A stretch of 63,850 nucleotides of DNA, the filler included, from Phoronis australis (Eukaryota; Animalia; Phoronida): NCBI GenBank assembly GCA_002633005.1. It is 5 parts of 5 records of this genome, joined end to end, with 100 filler letters (N's around TTAATTAATTAA, not from the genome) between each part and the next. Parts side by side here need not be neighbours in the genome. Positions count along the whole stretch, not along the records: positions 19,216 to 47,583 come from NMRA01000546.1; 4 more parts are not named here. The stretch is one strand, 5' to 3'. The position numbers were made by a program, and so were the translations under genes. Positions 28,801-42,339 of the stretch are shown here, in pieces. The notes under the pieces were generated by a model that made no database searches, was not told where the DNA came from, and was given only the letters and a program-made list of their open reading frames with translations. Each line of letters opens with the position of its first letter. The stretch's first letter is position 1.

Positions 28801-31800
28801 GTGATAATCTTTGTCCGATATACAACACATTTTCCACGCTGCCTAAGGGGAAAACGGACAACTGAAGATGATGTCAGTCACAGGAAAATGAAGTAATCCG
28901 GGGTAATATTGCCTTATTGTTTGTGGCAGGTTAACATTAGAATCATGCTTCACCTTCCCAATAAAGTGTGTGGTGAGAAAAGTGACAGTTCGTGAAGTAT
29001 GTTTGAATGCCAGTGAATGACATAACAATTCTGTACTGACGATTAATGTTACCTTTTTTGCATTCCTTAGCTTGAAACGGTAACTTCAACTCCGTCCGTT
29101 GATTTGCATGGCCGCCATCAAGACGACCAAGAGGTCATTGGTCGAGGTCACAAGCCACAAGAGCACACGAGGAAACGCCAGGTAAATTGGTGTTTAACAT
29201 AAATATCGAAGTCAATTTCACCCAATAATGCACCAAGTTGGGACACGCCACCCTAGGTGGAAATCCTTAATATTAGGCATCCCGTCGTGTGTTGTCACCT
29301 ATTACCCACAACTGACCTCCAATTGCTCTTAATCGAGTAGGGTTTCCATCGTCATCCTAATTTCCATGTTCACACAGCCCTTAGAAGTAGAACTCTTAGC
29401 ACTGCCATGACCACGGTATGGTTCTTCAACCAATGTACATGTATTTATATAGTACGCACTCTATATAAAGTTTTGTCTGAATAAGTCCATTAGTGAGACG
29501 TGTAACATTTTAAACGACTGCTTTATAGCACAGATAATCGTGTGTATTCAGCTTTGACTTCTCATTTCGCGTTCGACTCGTCAACTGCAATAGCTTATGT
29601 ATTTCGCCCAGTAAAATTCACCTATGCGACTCTTTAAACATCACATGCATGCTCCAGCTGTCGTGAACGAAGTCGAAACGAGAGTTACATCCGAAAAACA
29701 AAGTTTTTAAACAACGCTTTAGATCATGTCTTTTCATCCGGTTACCAATCTCTAAGGTGGGGGGCATATTCATTTTACTGAGTGGATAGATGTATCTTTA
29801 TCAATGATGCTGGTAATTGACCCGCTGTGTTATGTTGCACATTTGTGTAAAAAAAGCTTTTAATCACGCTCTCACATTGTATGACTAGTTGGCAAAAGGC
29901 GGCGCTGTGTATTGCATTTTCATCCAATCAAAACGTTGGACATTGGGAAAGTACGCGATGTTGTATTGGTTACAGATGTGAATTGGGAAAAATAAGCATT
30001 GTACTGCTGGAACTATACAGAGTTTCAGATAGCTGTTAAAAACGTGGCAAGCATCAACAAATGTTTTTATTTTAAAAATTTATTACCTTACTTGCTCATG
30101 TTATGACGTAATTTAGGTTTAAAATTTCTGGTCGTTTTTTCAAGTTTGCATACCTTGGAATGATCTGTAATAAATATTTGTAAAGTGGCCTCAGTCCCAA
30201 GATTGTTGTCAATCAAGTTTCAGTACATTAAACGCACTCTTACTGTACATTTTATGCTCACACATATACGCTTGTGGGTGCATACTGCCGTGATTTCGGT
30301 CCGGTCCGTCCGCTGCAGCTGTAAACGCCTTGTGGGATTTTAACTTGGTGAGATATCTCCCTGTGAAGCTGACGACACCTGTAGGCGAGTTGTGGACCAA
30401 TCTGATTACTGCTTTGCTCCTTAGTTGTCATTCATATTACATTCAAGTACTTTCCTAACTGTTCTGGGACCATCATGAAAGTTGACAGGAGTGTTGTTGC
30501 TGACAAGAGCTTGAATCGTGTTGATTCCCGTATGGTTAGAACCTTCATGGTGCCCCCCATGACATTTTTGATTCTGTGACTGTAGTTTCTAATCCCCTTA
30601 CACTATTTTTGTAAAATCCAATTCCCAAAATTAGCCACATTCAAAATTGAAAGCTCATGAAATTTGCACGAGTTAGTATCAACAAAGTTACGTTGTGCTT
30701 TTATGTAAAGCAATAGTTTGTGATGTGATAGATATATGTTCAAAACACAACTGCATCTCTTAAATTAACAGACGTGGTTTTATAAGCCCCCTCTCCCAGA
30801 TTCTATATTTCTTTACAGACCATTGAAGGCCGAGCAACTGAGGCGGTTGGTAAGTTCATGAGGTCTCACACCACTGCTATAAATAACCTTTTTTCGCGAC
30901 CTGGTAAAATGCCATTTTTCACTGAAGGTTTGTCGTGCAATTCATTCAAAGCACCTGTTTACCACGCTTTGCATGTAGAGCTCAGAAATTTCCCAACCCC
31001 GTGTACAAAGTTTAGTTGTTTCGGTGACTTTTTCCCGCTGTGCCGTTGTAGGGAAAGGGAAAGAATAGACATGTGCAATTGTGTCAAAGTGTGACTAGTT
31101 CCAGAGAGGCAGTACACTGGGGCAGGAAGTAGTGTGACTATCAACCATTTTGAATGTCTATACACCAGTCTGTGAAAGGATCAAGCACAAATTCCTCCTT
31201 CGCTCCCATAATGAAAGTTACACTTTTCAAGCAGCTTGTATGTGGAATTCCAGTTGAAAATTGCAGGGAAATGGTAGATGGGTATCCTTCTCAAACTCGT
31301 AATCTTTGCTCATTTTTCTGGTACAACTTTGCTTTTATGCTGGTACTGTTGAATACACGCTCTGCCTTGATCCATGGAATGACCCTAAATCAAAGCAAAA
31401 TTACTGACCACCCAGTGTATGCCTTCATTAGACACGCAATGCGCTGCAATTGCATCCCATAGCGCGAACATGTAACACCCTCATGTTTTTTAGTAATTCA
31501 CACAATCATGTGTGTATCTTTTATGTTAAAGGTATGTATCCCAGAACCGGTAAAGGTCTGGTTGTCCTTGTCAACAACATTAATTTTGATGCTGAAACAG
31601 ATGATGACAGAGAAAGGCAAAGAAGACACGGTATGGTTTTGCTGTTAGCACTTTGTTTCAAAAATTTCAGTTGCTATAGCGGAAAATGAATGACATGTGT
31701 TAACGATAAATGGCGACATACATGTAGAACGGCTGTCAAGAACAAATTTATTAAGGTCACTTGGAGTTCTGAAACAGGTCTCAAATTGATTGCAAATTCA

Positions 31801-34800
31801 GGGTTTCGAAACAACGACCACTAGTGTAGTTTATTTCAATGCACTTCGAACCATCCCAGAACTTAAAATTCGAAGCCATGATGTCACTTGGAATTAAATT
31901 AGTTGTTTTGGAGAAGAAACGAATTTTCAGTACTTTGGGAGCCCTGAAATTTACCTCTAAACTGAGTGAAGAACAAGATAGACTCAATCCTGCAACTAGA
32001 CATGGTCCAAACCCAAACGTGTTTTTAAGACAATGTACTGGTTTAATGCCACTTGGAGAGATGATTATTCCCAAAACTTTGTTGATTACAGCAGTTGTCA
32101 AAGCAACACACTTTCACGTTTTGTATCTGACAACAACAACATACCTTTGCTTCTGACGGTACAGATGCTAGTAAGCGTGAGATATGTTAAAGAGTTTCAA
32201 ATCTCAAACTATTGTTGAAAACAGACCGAATATTCTTGTGTTAAATTTAGGCTTCAAAAATCTTGCAGGTTCCGAAAAAGATGAAAAAATTTTGCTGGAA
32301 ACGTTTAAAAGATATTCAGCACGATACGACGTTTTGTGTGGCAATGACTTCAACAAGGAAAAAATGGAACTCAGACTTAAGTTCGTGCAAATGAAACTCA
32401 AAACCGAAACATATAATCAACTCATCTTCTTCGTACTCTCACATGGTGAAAAGGTGAGTATTATTGACCACTACAACTGTACAGTAATTCAGGTTCATGT
32501 ACATCCGTAATGTCGTGAACACATCTACTACCACAAGAAACTGTAGGAACACCGCATTTATCCACCTTCACTCTTATCAGGCTTCTGTTGTGAGTCAGCA
32601 TGTGTGAAAAATTGGCTGATAAGCCACCTCTGGAACTACTTTTGGCTGAATGGATGACCAGGCCATAAAATTATAATAAGCCAAGACCAGTTAACTAATG
32701 CAACAAAGAATAATGTCGTAGCATCACCTAGCCTTGGTGGAAAGCTGTATACTGTCTTGGCTCTAATAAACGCTTAGAAAACTTCATTTCACAGGGAGGG
32801 GACGCTTATTGTAGCCTAAGGCAGTTGAAACCCGGTTTCCGAAACGGGTAAAATCGGAAGCTAGGATTCATCAAATGTACGCTCTGTGACGTATTTGTAG
32901 CCTATGACAGTCTTTCTACAAAGTTGTGGTGCATTGCTATCAAACTTCGTTGTTGAATTACGATCATTTTTCAAAAAATTGTGCTCATCCCAGGGCGAAA
33001 ACTTGCCGAGTGATACGTCGCTGAATCGCGATGGTCAATAGGAAAACTGAATTCTTGAATAAAAATATAGTTTCGACTCAACAAATTACCTGAAATCTTC
33101 TTTATGTTTTACAATTTTTAAAGTTCATGTGGAGTCCAGATTAATTGCGATTAAGTCCAAATCTGCGCTACATCGTACCCCACCCACAGCACGAGAAAAA
33201 TCTCTGGATGAACACACATGTTGTTGTCACGTGACGTTTGTTTTGAAGTTCGTCTGCGTATGAGAGTGAGCGTGCGAGTGCGGGTCATCGACGACAGACT
33301 TTTTTGTTACAAAAGGCGGGGGATTATGAAAGAAAATGGAGTTTACTAGATTGTTTTTCACTTAAACGGCTGCAACGTGCAACGTGAGTGCTGGTTAACT
33401 CACAGATTTTGCGTGCACAGGCCAACGGTTGTTACACATGTAGCTCTACCGTGGAGTAAAACATTTTAATGTAGATCAAGACTTGGACTGTTAAAACAGT
33501 CCAAGTCTTGATCTACATGTTGGGGACGAGCTGACGAGGTGAACTACCCGGGCTGTGTGGAATTTCTGGGCCTAACGGAGACACTGACGCAGTGGTCAGT
33601 TAGCTAGCTCGCTGTATCAAGACTATTATCAAAATCCAAATTCGTTTTATCGTGTCCCTGTCAATAATAACGGCATGCCAAAGTTTCTTAATGATCGTGC
33701 TTCAGGAACATAACAATCACGTGTTTTGTACACATACGCGCACGCCGCAGATCACATCTCGGAAATTTCCGATTTGATGAATGACATTGAATGAGCACAA
33801 TGAAATTAAACAACGTCGTTTTAGAGCTTGTAACATTCATAATAAACGTATTTTGAATATTGCAATGCATGTGTTCCAAAATCTAAGTAACCTGGGTTCT
33901 ATATTTTTGTATTCGTGCGCGCCGAATGAAAGTAATCGTGAGTGTTGCTGTGTTGCAAAATCTCTTATCCTGGGCCAGTTTGAAAAATTCAAAGTTGTAC
34001 TCATATTTGTTTTCGCTCCGCCTTTCAAATATTACAGTAAAAACTACGTAAAACTCTCTCCATCAAAAGTACAGTCTGCTAGGGTAGATTGTAATCAGCT
34101 GATAATATCCGCATGAGCGAAGCCAATTATCCTCGCTCGTGACTCGATGAATAGAGCATCTTGGGGGCATCCCTTTGATCGTGAGCCGTTAATAAAGTAG
34201 AAGCGTCTTTTGAATTTCGAAAAACTGACAGTTTTACGAACGAAATTCTCAAAGTCGAGCGATGTGTATTCCAATTCCAACTTATGTTACACTAATTAAT
34301 TACACGTACTATTGCATTTTACTCGTACATGTACCAGGCATGCATTATGTCTGTGTAGGTCAAAACATTGATATCAGAGTCAACAAGTCAATACTGGACA
34401 CCAACGTTATTTCGTTTACTGCGAAACGCTGTAGTAATATACCTTTAAATATTTCTGAATGAACCTAATTAAATATCCAGTCACTGAAATGGTTGCCTAT
34501 CCCAAAGCAATTAAATTATATGTACATGTATTTAGGACTGTTAAACTTGGAATTCCAAATGCGAAGTGGGGTAAATCATGGATGTTTTCATACAAAATAG
34601 GCCTTTTGAAATCGACATGCAATAGTAAAATTGGTTTATTGTTAAGCTTGCTCTTATTCGTGAGACTGTCCCAAGTAGCCTGTATAAGTAAACAGTTAAC
34701 AAATGGTTTATATGGTCCGGACTGAGAAGGTCATTGATGTACAGTGTATTACTCCCTGTGAGTTTTGGATAGCCAAGCCTGGAATGAATGTTGTTCAGCG

Positions 34801-36632
34801 ACACTGGAAAATAAGTTTCATGCTTGTTGTCAAAGGCACATTTGTTATTTTTTAAACGTGTGTAGAGTACAGGTGCATGAATATATTAATGTAACACATG
34901 AGGGCAAAAGATTTAACATTATTCACAGGATGGCATCGTAACAACTGATGGACATCTACTGCCATTTGGAGACATATGTAAATACTTCCGGGGGGATGAA
35001 GTACAAAGAATGAGTGGTACGTACATTATCGGTTATTTACTCAGCTCCTGAAACTCAAATTATGAAACCCCACACACAGTGTGTCATTTTCTTTATTTTT
35101 TCAGACTTTTTATCTAGCAAAATTATGAAGCACTCTCATCGCAAGTTTAACAGGGCGTGATAAACAACTGTTTTCATTCACATTTGGACATCTGGGTATT
35201 TGGCAACCTAAGGAGTGCTAGAATACTCTTGGTTCCAAAGTGTGCATGAACGCTCAAATCACAGGTCATTCTATTGGTGGGATGTAGTTGCTATAGTGAC
35301 CTGAAACCAGTGTATAATCTAGAAAAGTGCCCTCTTTCTGGATTTCAATGTTTAGCCTGCTAACATGATTTGGTCGTAAGGTTTGAAGTTGCTTTACAGT
35401 GTTTTGTGCATGTTTATTTCAGAATCCCCGAAGATGTTTGTATATCAGTCTTGCCGTGTCACAGGCCGGAAGAGACCATACACTGCTGCATGTATTGACA
35501 ACAGAGACGCAACAAGCGACTATGTTATGGATCAGCCGCCTGTTGCTCATGTGCTCACGGCATACGCCACGACTGATGGTAAACTGTTTAAAACACTTTT
35601 GAAAATCAGCTGTAATCAGTGAGGTCGGCAATTGTGAACTGCTTAGTTTATCAATGTGAAGATGATTCAAGCCCCGCACACTTTGTCGTGAATGTGAGAG
35701 GGGACGGCAAACCCACAAATAAATGCGTTTTGATCTTGGGAAAGACTTTGAGTGTACACCCCCTGATGATTTTGGTGGTGTCGCTCTATATCAGCGGGCA
35801 TCACGTGACTCTTAGTAAAAGAGCCACATATTAGCTGACATACATGTACGATGTCAACCTCTTCTGGAAACAAATTATTTGTGGTCTCATGAGTGCAGAG
35901 GTGTGTTTGCACTGGCGTACCACGGGGAATCATGCACTGGCGTAGCACGTGGAGTTGTGTATGCAATGGCGTACCACGGGGAAGTGTGTATGACGGCACC
36001 ATTCCCTCTTCATTGCAAACAAGTCATCCCTTCAATTGAAAAATTGTAATTTTTTTGTTTTGCTTTTCTCCAACGTTCATTGCAAGTACCTAGACTGACC
36101 TCAAATGTTAGCACTTTCTCCCCCACATCTTTGAAATGTGATTGCGAATTTGGCAACATTGATGACAGCCATTCTTCAAAAATTTCCTTTAAGTCTTTGT
36201 TTGTGTTGTCATGGAAATTTGCGTTTATTTTTATAACAGGTGGTTTCACTTGTCAGTTCACTTGATATCATTGGCTGACTAGTTAACGTTAATGGTGTGC
36301 TTGTTTTGTTTGTATGAATTTGAATAGCTTCACTGTTTTCATTTACAGGTAACTATGCATTACGACACCCTGGTGAAGGGTCTCCTTACATCAAGACCCT
36401 ATGTAAAGTAATTAAACAGCACTGCTCAGATCATCACCTAGAAGACCTGCTGAAGATAGTCAATTACAAACTGTCTAAAATGAGCTTTGTTATCGATGAG
36501 CGACAAGCTTTTCAAATGCCAGAATACAAATCCAGTTTAACACAACACATGTTCATCCACAATGAACATAAAAATCTCACAGATTCGTGTCGTGTGTTCA
36601 CTTGTCCACGTTGTAAACTGGAGTTCACATGA
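25865..36632 (+). CDS. Caspase (peptidase C14A) gene, spliced. Well-supported exons: 25865-26658, 29071-29181, 30819-30849, 31532-31630, 32269-32453, 34929-35016, 35423-35578, 36349-36632 (stop TGA)
   Basis: All introns are GT-AG and the phases join into one open frame. Translation shows caspase motifs in order: GMYPRTGKGLVVLVNNINF...RHG-SEKD, LIFFVLSHG (catalytic His), PKMFVYQSCRV (catalytic Cys, 35446-35460), VLTAYATTDG-NYALR...GSPYIKTLC...HLEDLL...QMPEYKSSLT. The start codon was not determined. Confidence 0.9.
26807..27968 (+). repeat. 46-bp minisatellite, 25 full units plus a partial unit, inside a caspase intron
   Basis: Unit gtgtatacgtttggtagtacacttggagtt(c/a)cga(g/t)ttcaat(g/a)tg(t/a)a. 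Unit starts at 26807, 26853 ... 27957, in exact multiples of 46. Confidence 0.97.
33290..33640. mobile_element. Interspersed repeat with a related copy at ~62440-62840
   Basis: ttcacttaaacggctg...cagattttgc...gaactacccgggctgtgtggaattt matches the reverse complement of 62611-62790. Confidence 0.75.
33469..33518. repeat. Perfect palindrome with 24-bp arms and a 2-nt loop
   Basis: atgtagatcaagacttggactgtt-aa-aacagtccaagtcttgatctacat. Confidence 0.95.
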
Positions 36633-37785
36633 ACTGTTGGTGTTCCCACCAGTTGCTGCATATTAACTTTGTTTCAGGGGAGTTAATTTGTACTGCGATG
36701 TGTTCTACATGTTTGTAAGATAGTTGCGGAAGCGCCACGTGATTACGTAGTTAGTATACGTCACCAGTGTCCACCCCCCTATTGCGTAATAACTAAAGTG
36801 CATCAAGGTGGTGGGAGTGTAGATCAAAGGTCACTTGTACTTTTAGTAAAACATAGACAGAGATAGCGTAACTTCGTATCTTAGTTTACAAAACAGCAAC
36901 ATTGCGTGGGGTCGTTTGTACCTGCCAGTATCTCTATGAAGTTCACTAGTGTCTCTAAGAAATGAATCAAGCCGATAAAAGTCATTCTCACATCAAAGCC
37001 AAGCGTTTACTACCAGTGTGCCATTTCAGTTTCTTGCGCGTTTCAGTGAAAAACGCTTATTACTGATAAGGCTCGCGGGCTGTCAGTAAAATGTTATAAA
37101 CAAGGCAAAGCTATAGCTTACTTTTCGCTAAATTTGCAATAGTCCATCTTACCAGAGAACAATTTTTAGTTAACTTGTTTTGTACTCTATATCTATTACT
37201 TTTAATTACGTTCGTTACAATAAGTGACCTTGTATCGACAACCTTGGTCTCCTTTTCATCCATAACGTACACTGTTGGTGACAGAATCTCAGAGGTTACA
37301 GGGATTATAAACTCATGACACTCGCTTTTATCAGCGATTGCAATAACTTATTACCCGTTAGGGCAGTGGGGGCTGTAAACTACGCCTGGTCAAGCAAAAG
37401 AACTTAACACCATCACGTAATGTGTATAAGAGTGAAAGGCATGTTACCGGCCAAACAAATGTTTCGGGTTTTCTCAGGAATTTCCAACAACCCGAAAATG
37501 GGGGAGGCTTTTCGGGTCGGTCCATCACGACCTAAACGCGATAATGTGTTGTAAACAAGCTTACTACGCACGTATCATATATGATTTGGACATATTTCAA
37601 TCATACTTAATGCCAAAATGAAGATAAGATATTAAGAAATGATTTCGCCCATCAAGCCGCAAATGCGAAGGTAATGTGACGACACTTAAAAAGGTTGATT
37701 AAAGGGTAATGAGCACCCCCTCCCAGGGCCACAAACAAAATAATAAAACACCGTCGTCACATGGAGACCGTACACCTGCAACTCC

Positions 37786-38367
37786 CTGGTTCCCTGCGTG
37801 CTGACTCAGCACGCAGGAACAGGTATCACGCAGTAGTACGCGCTTTATCATTGGTTGATGAAACCTCGACAGTCATTGATTAGCGTTACAATAAAGTAAG
37901 AAAACGGTGGACCTACAAGCGGTTTGTAGTGTCGTAGGAGCAACTATTTGGTTTTTGCAGTAATGTTTAATAGTCGCGTGCTTGAAGCACACGCATGTGC
38001 AATAAGGATTGTTCTCATTATTACGGTATGTGAAACTTCCTCGACAAAAAAATCCGTCATGTGGCCGGTTGAACTACTGTTTCATTCCTACTGAGTGAAT
38101 ACAGGACAGTACAAAGATGCAAACCGAAAAGGCGCAACCACAATTAATGGGATTCACATTTCTTGAACATGAACTTTAAGCACCGATTTGTCTGCACAAC
38201 AGACCACATTTACACTTCCTCAATCAGTCATGCTAGTTTGTTTGCATAAAGTGCTACTTGTTGAGAATTCGACCAGCCAATCAGAAACGCCATGTAAAGA
38301 AGTTTCCCGAGGGAAATTAAGTGATACCTGATTGCTGGGTGCCTCCTAGCGGCACGCAGGGAACCAG
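37786..38367. mobile_element. MITE with CTGGTTCCCTGCGTGC TIRs; inverted second copy at ~47687-48225
   Basis: Perfect 16-bp TIRs (37786-37801 / 38352-38367). cacctgcaac is repeated close to both ends. The internal sequence aligns to the reverse complement of 47687-48225. Confidence 0.8.
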
Positions 38368-40199
38368 CTACTCACCTGCAACAACCCTTTGAATCGTGCG
38401 GTTGCGCTCCCTTGTGACATTCTAGATCGGCTATTGGACTAGAAATGAGTCAGTTGTCGACAGCCAAAACAGAGCTGGTCAAAACAAAACGAAGTCTAAC
38501 GACCGTTGAAGTTTGAATTTCCAGAGTGTTTTTGGTGCATTGTCGCGATCATGATAGACAAATTAGTTTACTGTATATTCTTGGATCAACTACGATTAAA
38601 TCCATAGATCGAATTCATTTTGTTGATTATTGTGTCTTGTAGGCTCTATGTGACTTTCTACGCTCTTTTAAAATGAGTCTGTATTGTTGTCTTCACTGTG
38701 CGTTATCATCTTTGATCTGAACAGTCTACAGTGTTAAGATTAATACTTTAGTTTCACACAGCTTGGCTTATCACTTCGAACATTACAATACATTTGTTAA
38801 ACTCTAGTTCGTTTGTTGTTTAAATCTCTTCCGACGAACCACCTCCTAATAGCTAACCCGCATTTTCCATTGCATCACACCCAGCAAGAAACTTGGTTTA
38901 CCGAACGTTTCCCATTCAAGTGTGCTTGCGGTCAAGTTTAAGCTGTTAGCAGGCATCTATCGATCTGAGTTCCTCTAGACTAGCTGGCTGACTTGATAAC
39001 TTAACAACAGACGGAACTTTTTGTTTTGTAGTGAAATTGCGCGAACAAATTTGTTGTTCAAGTCCAATTTGCCAGCAGGTAGTAATGGAAACCGCGCCCC
39101 CAAAGTGACAAGTATGGTATCACCAACCACAATAACATGACACTCATACTCAGTCATGGCATTAAAACTGCAGATTTCACTCGACTTTATGTATCCAAAA
39201 TCTTTATTTTGCATTCTACAAGGAATACCACTAAACTTGATATGTAAGCAAGTAGTGACACGCGTTTGCACAGGTGGAATAAAGCAAAAAAATAACAAAA
39301 TAGGGACACCCAGCCCTCCACGGGGTTAACAGTGTATACGTCACAAAGCAACAAATAAAAAAGGAACACCCAGCCCTCCACGAGGTTTAAACGTCACTAT
39401 GAAAAAATGTATTGCGAAATGATCGAAAAGAAGACATGTGATGTCCCAAGTTGGTTTAACTCTCAGGCTGTACGGCTCATAATGTGAGCCCCCTTGTGAT
39501 ATCCTAAATCCGCCACTGCCTCGTCACTAAAACTCGTTAGGAAACGTATGAGTCATCAAGGTAAGGTTAGCTTCTTTTTTGAAGCTCAGGAAACAATTAA
39601 TTGCTTGTCTAGAGTTCCCAAGGATCAAACGGTGGAGAATTATTGGTGACGTTCATTCGTTTTGATCGGGCAGATTTTAAGAATAAACTATAGAAAGGCA
39701 ATAGATTGACCTCATATTTACAGAAAGCTGTAATTAATTGCCAAAAAGTGTGTTCCAATGGTTTTTGTCCAGTACGTTTAACGGTTGGTTTTACCCGGTT
39801 TTTAACTCACCACGAGTGCTGGGGAGTCCTTCCCTAGTTGTTTAACTAGTTAGGTTGCTCACACATCACTTAGTGGGTTATATTTCCCTAGCTATGTTAC
39901 TCACCTCTCACTTAGTGGGTGTGTGTTACTCACTTAAGTAACATGTAAAGTACAGTCTATCGCCCATTAGTGTACTCACGTAACTCATAGCAGAAGCTCT
40001 CTCCTTCAGTTGTTTTTCTCGCCTATATTAAAGTACGATTTAGGCATATTATGGAGACAATAAGTCACGATATATGGACCGTTACTATGGTGACACTTTT
40101 TATTGAAGTGGCATTTACTTCATCTATATTTGAGCCCAGTCTATCATATTCTGCAAGGTTTTACTATACTGCGTCATACAATGTCGTGAAACAGACGTT

Positions 40200-40820
40200 A
40201 TGGTTACAGTCACCATTAGGAGGCAGCGTGCAAACCATTTACCCAAAGAAGTCGTGAAATAGGGTCGAGATGGTTACGGCCACCAGAACATGGCAGTGTG
40301 CAAACCGTACCCGAAGACGTAGTGAACTCTAGACGAGGTGTTACAGCCATCAAAAGGGGACTGTGTGCAAACTATACTGAAATTCCCAACACAAGGTCGT
40401 GTAATAGGGGCGCAATGGTTACATCTAGAAAGGGACAATACGCAAACCGTATAACCAAAGAAGTAGTGCAACAGCACGAGATGCTTGCAACCATCAGATG
40501 AGGCAGTGTACAAACCATATGCCAACCATAACATCGAGCAACGGGGGTGAGATGGTTCCAGCCATCAGAAGGGTACGTTGTGCCAAAACACATTCCCAAT
40601 ATAATACCGTGCAACAAAGACGAGATGGAAACAACCACTTAAAAGGTATATTGTGTAAACCGTGTGCTCGTGATATGTGCTGTAAAGTCATGTAAATGGG
40701 GTTGCTGGCTGGAACCACCACTAAAAAGGGGCAGTGTGTAGGCCGTGTGCCCAATATTATGCCTGCAAACGGAGCGAGGTGATTACAACAACCAAAAGGA
40801 AGCAGTGTACAACCATAAGG
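40200..40820 (+). repeat. Degenerate ~70-bp tandem repeat, ~9 copies
   Basis: gcagtgtgcaaacc.tatacc...gagatggttaca.cca.ca.aa-like motifs recur at ~70-bp spacing. Confidence 0.75.
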
Positions 40821-42339
40821 CCATAAAACAAGTGCCGGCTTTTTAACATAAATTTTTTTCGGTTACTGAGTTGAGACCCGATCAATCCGCTGAAATATGA
40901 TAAAGTGTTGATATTTTGCAAAATAATAATTTTGCTTAGATGAATGAATGATTGATGTTTTGACTTCAGCTCTAAATATTCATTGCATCAAGATTCAGGT
41001 TAGACCATCAACAGACTTTGAACGATTTTGCTTCAAAGCACAGATCGTAGTGGTATTGCCTGGCGTAATGCAGTAATATCAATGGCTGTACCAGTAAATC
41101 GACTTTATCTGTACTTTATTGCTCAACCTCGCTACTTAATTTCAGTTTGTGTTCTTGAAAACATGCCTGGACCCCTACACTGTCAACTTGGACAGCATAC
41201 ATCTGAAAGAATGGTGTAAAGGCGGTAACATTATCTGTACGCTTTAGTGTTTTTGACCTTAGTGTGCTATAAGCGATCACCTAACGCATGCGCAATCTGA
41301 CCATTCGTCACAGCCTTCTTTTTTCTGTCCTGTTTGCAACCGAAATTAATTATTCATTTGCCTTACTTAGAGTTAGACTCCGTCCATTCTTACAACCGAA
41401 ATATGCAACCATGCAATAGGCACACGGGATTTGGTATATTTCACTACTGGCCAACATCAGCTGATTGTTTATCTAATTGTCCAACGACTGAAGTAGAGCC
41501 AAACTTGTGTTCATGGTGAGCGCGACAAACACTTTTTACTTTGCGATTACAAAAACGATCACGATGAAGCTCTCTTCTGATTAACTTTTCAAGAAAGATG
41601 CCACACCGTCGGTAGTACCCTTTTCTCTACGGCGCAATCTGCTTTATCTTCTTGTATGTGTGGTCGGACCCCTTTCTTCGACATCCTAGATTCGCCACAG
41701 TTGACTCTATGCAAATACAATGTATCCAATCATGAAACAAAAAGAGGCCTACATGTTTTTGAATCAGGCTTTGCTATTTCAATACACTATTAAAATTCAA
41801 TGCTAAAGTTGATACGGTGGGCATTGGACGCCTACTTACCACTACAGCACTGTTTAGACCAGTTACAGTGCCTCGTGGAGATTTGGGTCTGTATATTTAT
41901 TGTACTGGCCATTTCTTAATAAACATTAAAATCTTTTTCTTCAGACCACATTCTATTGCACAAATAAATCTTAAACTCCAGCTGCCCGAATTTTGCAAGC
42001 CGCTTTTGTCTTTGATATCTGATGTAAAAGAGTAGGAATACCCGCACTCGAAAAATAGAATATTGATTTTCGACAAAAGATGTCACTGCTGCATACTTGA
42101 TTAGCGCGTTGACATCATCCCACTACTAGACACCACTGTATTAGTATCTTCAAGTGACCACACTCTCTCCAGAGTATTATGTCACTGTATAACAATGAAG
42201 ATCAACAAAAACGAGAACAACTATAACAGGTTAAAATGATATATATATACATAGTGAACGTCACTTCAGAGGTCGGTTAACATAGCTAGATCGTTAGATG
42301 ATACAAGTCAGTAAGCGGGTGCCCAAAATGGAGTCACCC

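Noticed and set aside
32251-32268. Alternative acceptor (tttag|GC) for the SHG exon
   Set aside because: It is in frame but inserts six residues into the conserved R-x-G-S/T-x-x-D motif; 32269 fits the caspase consensus.
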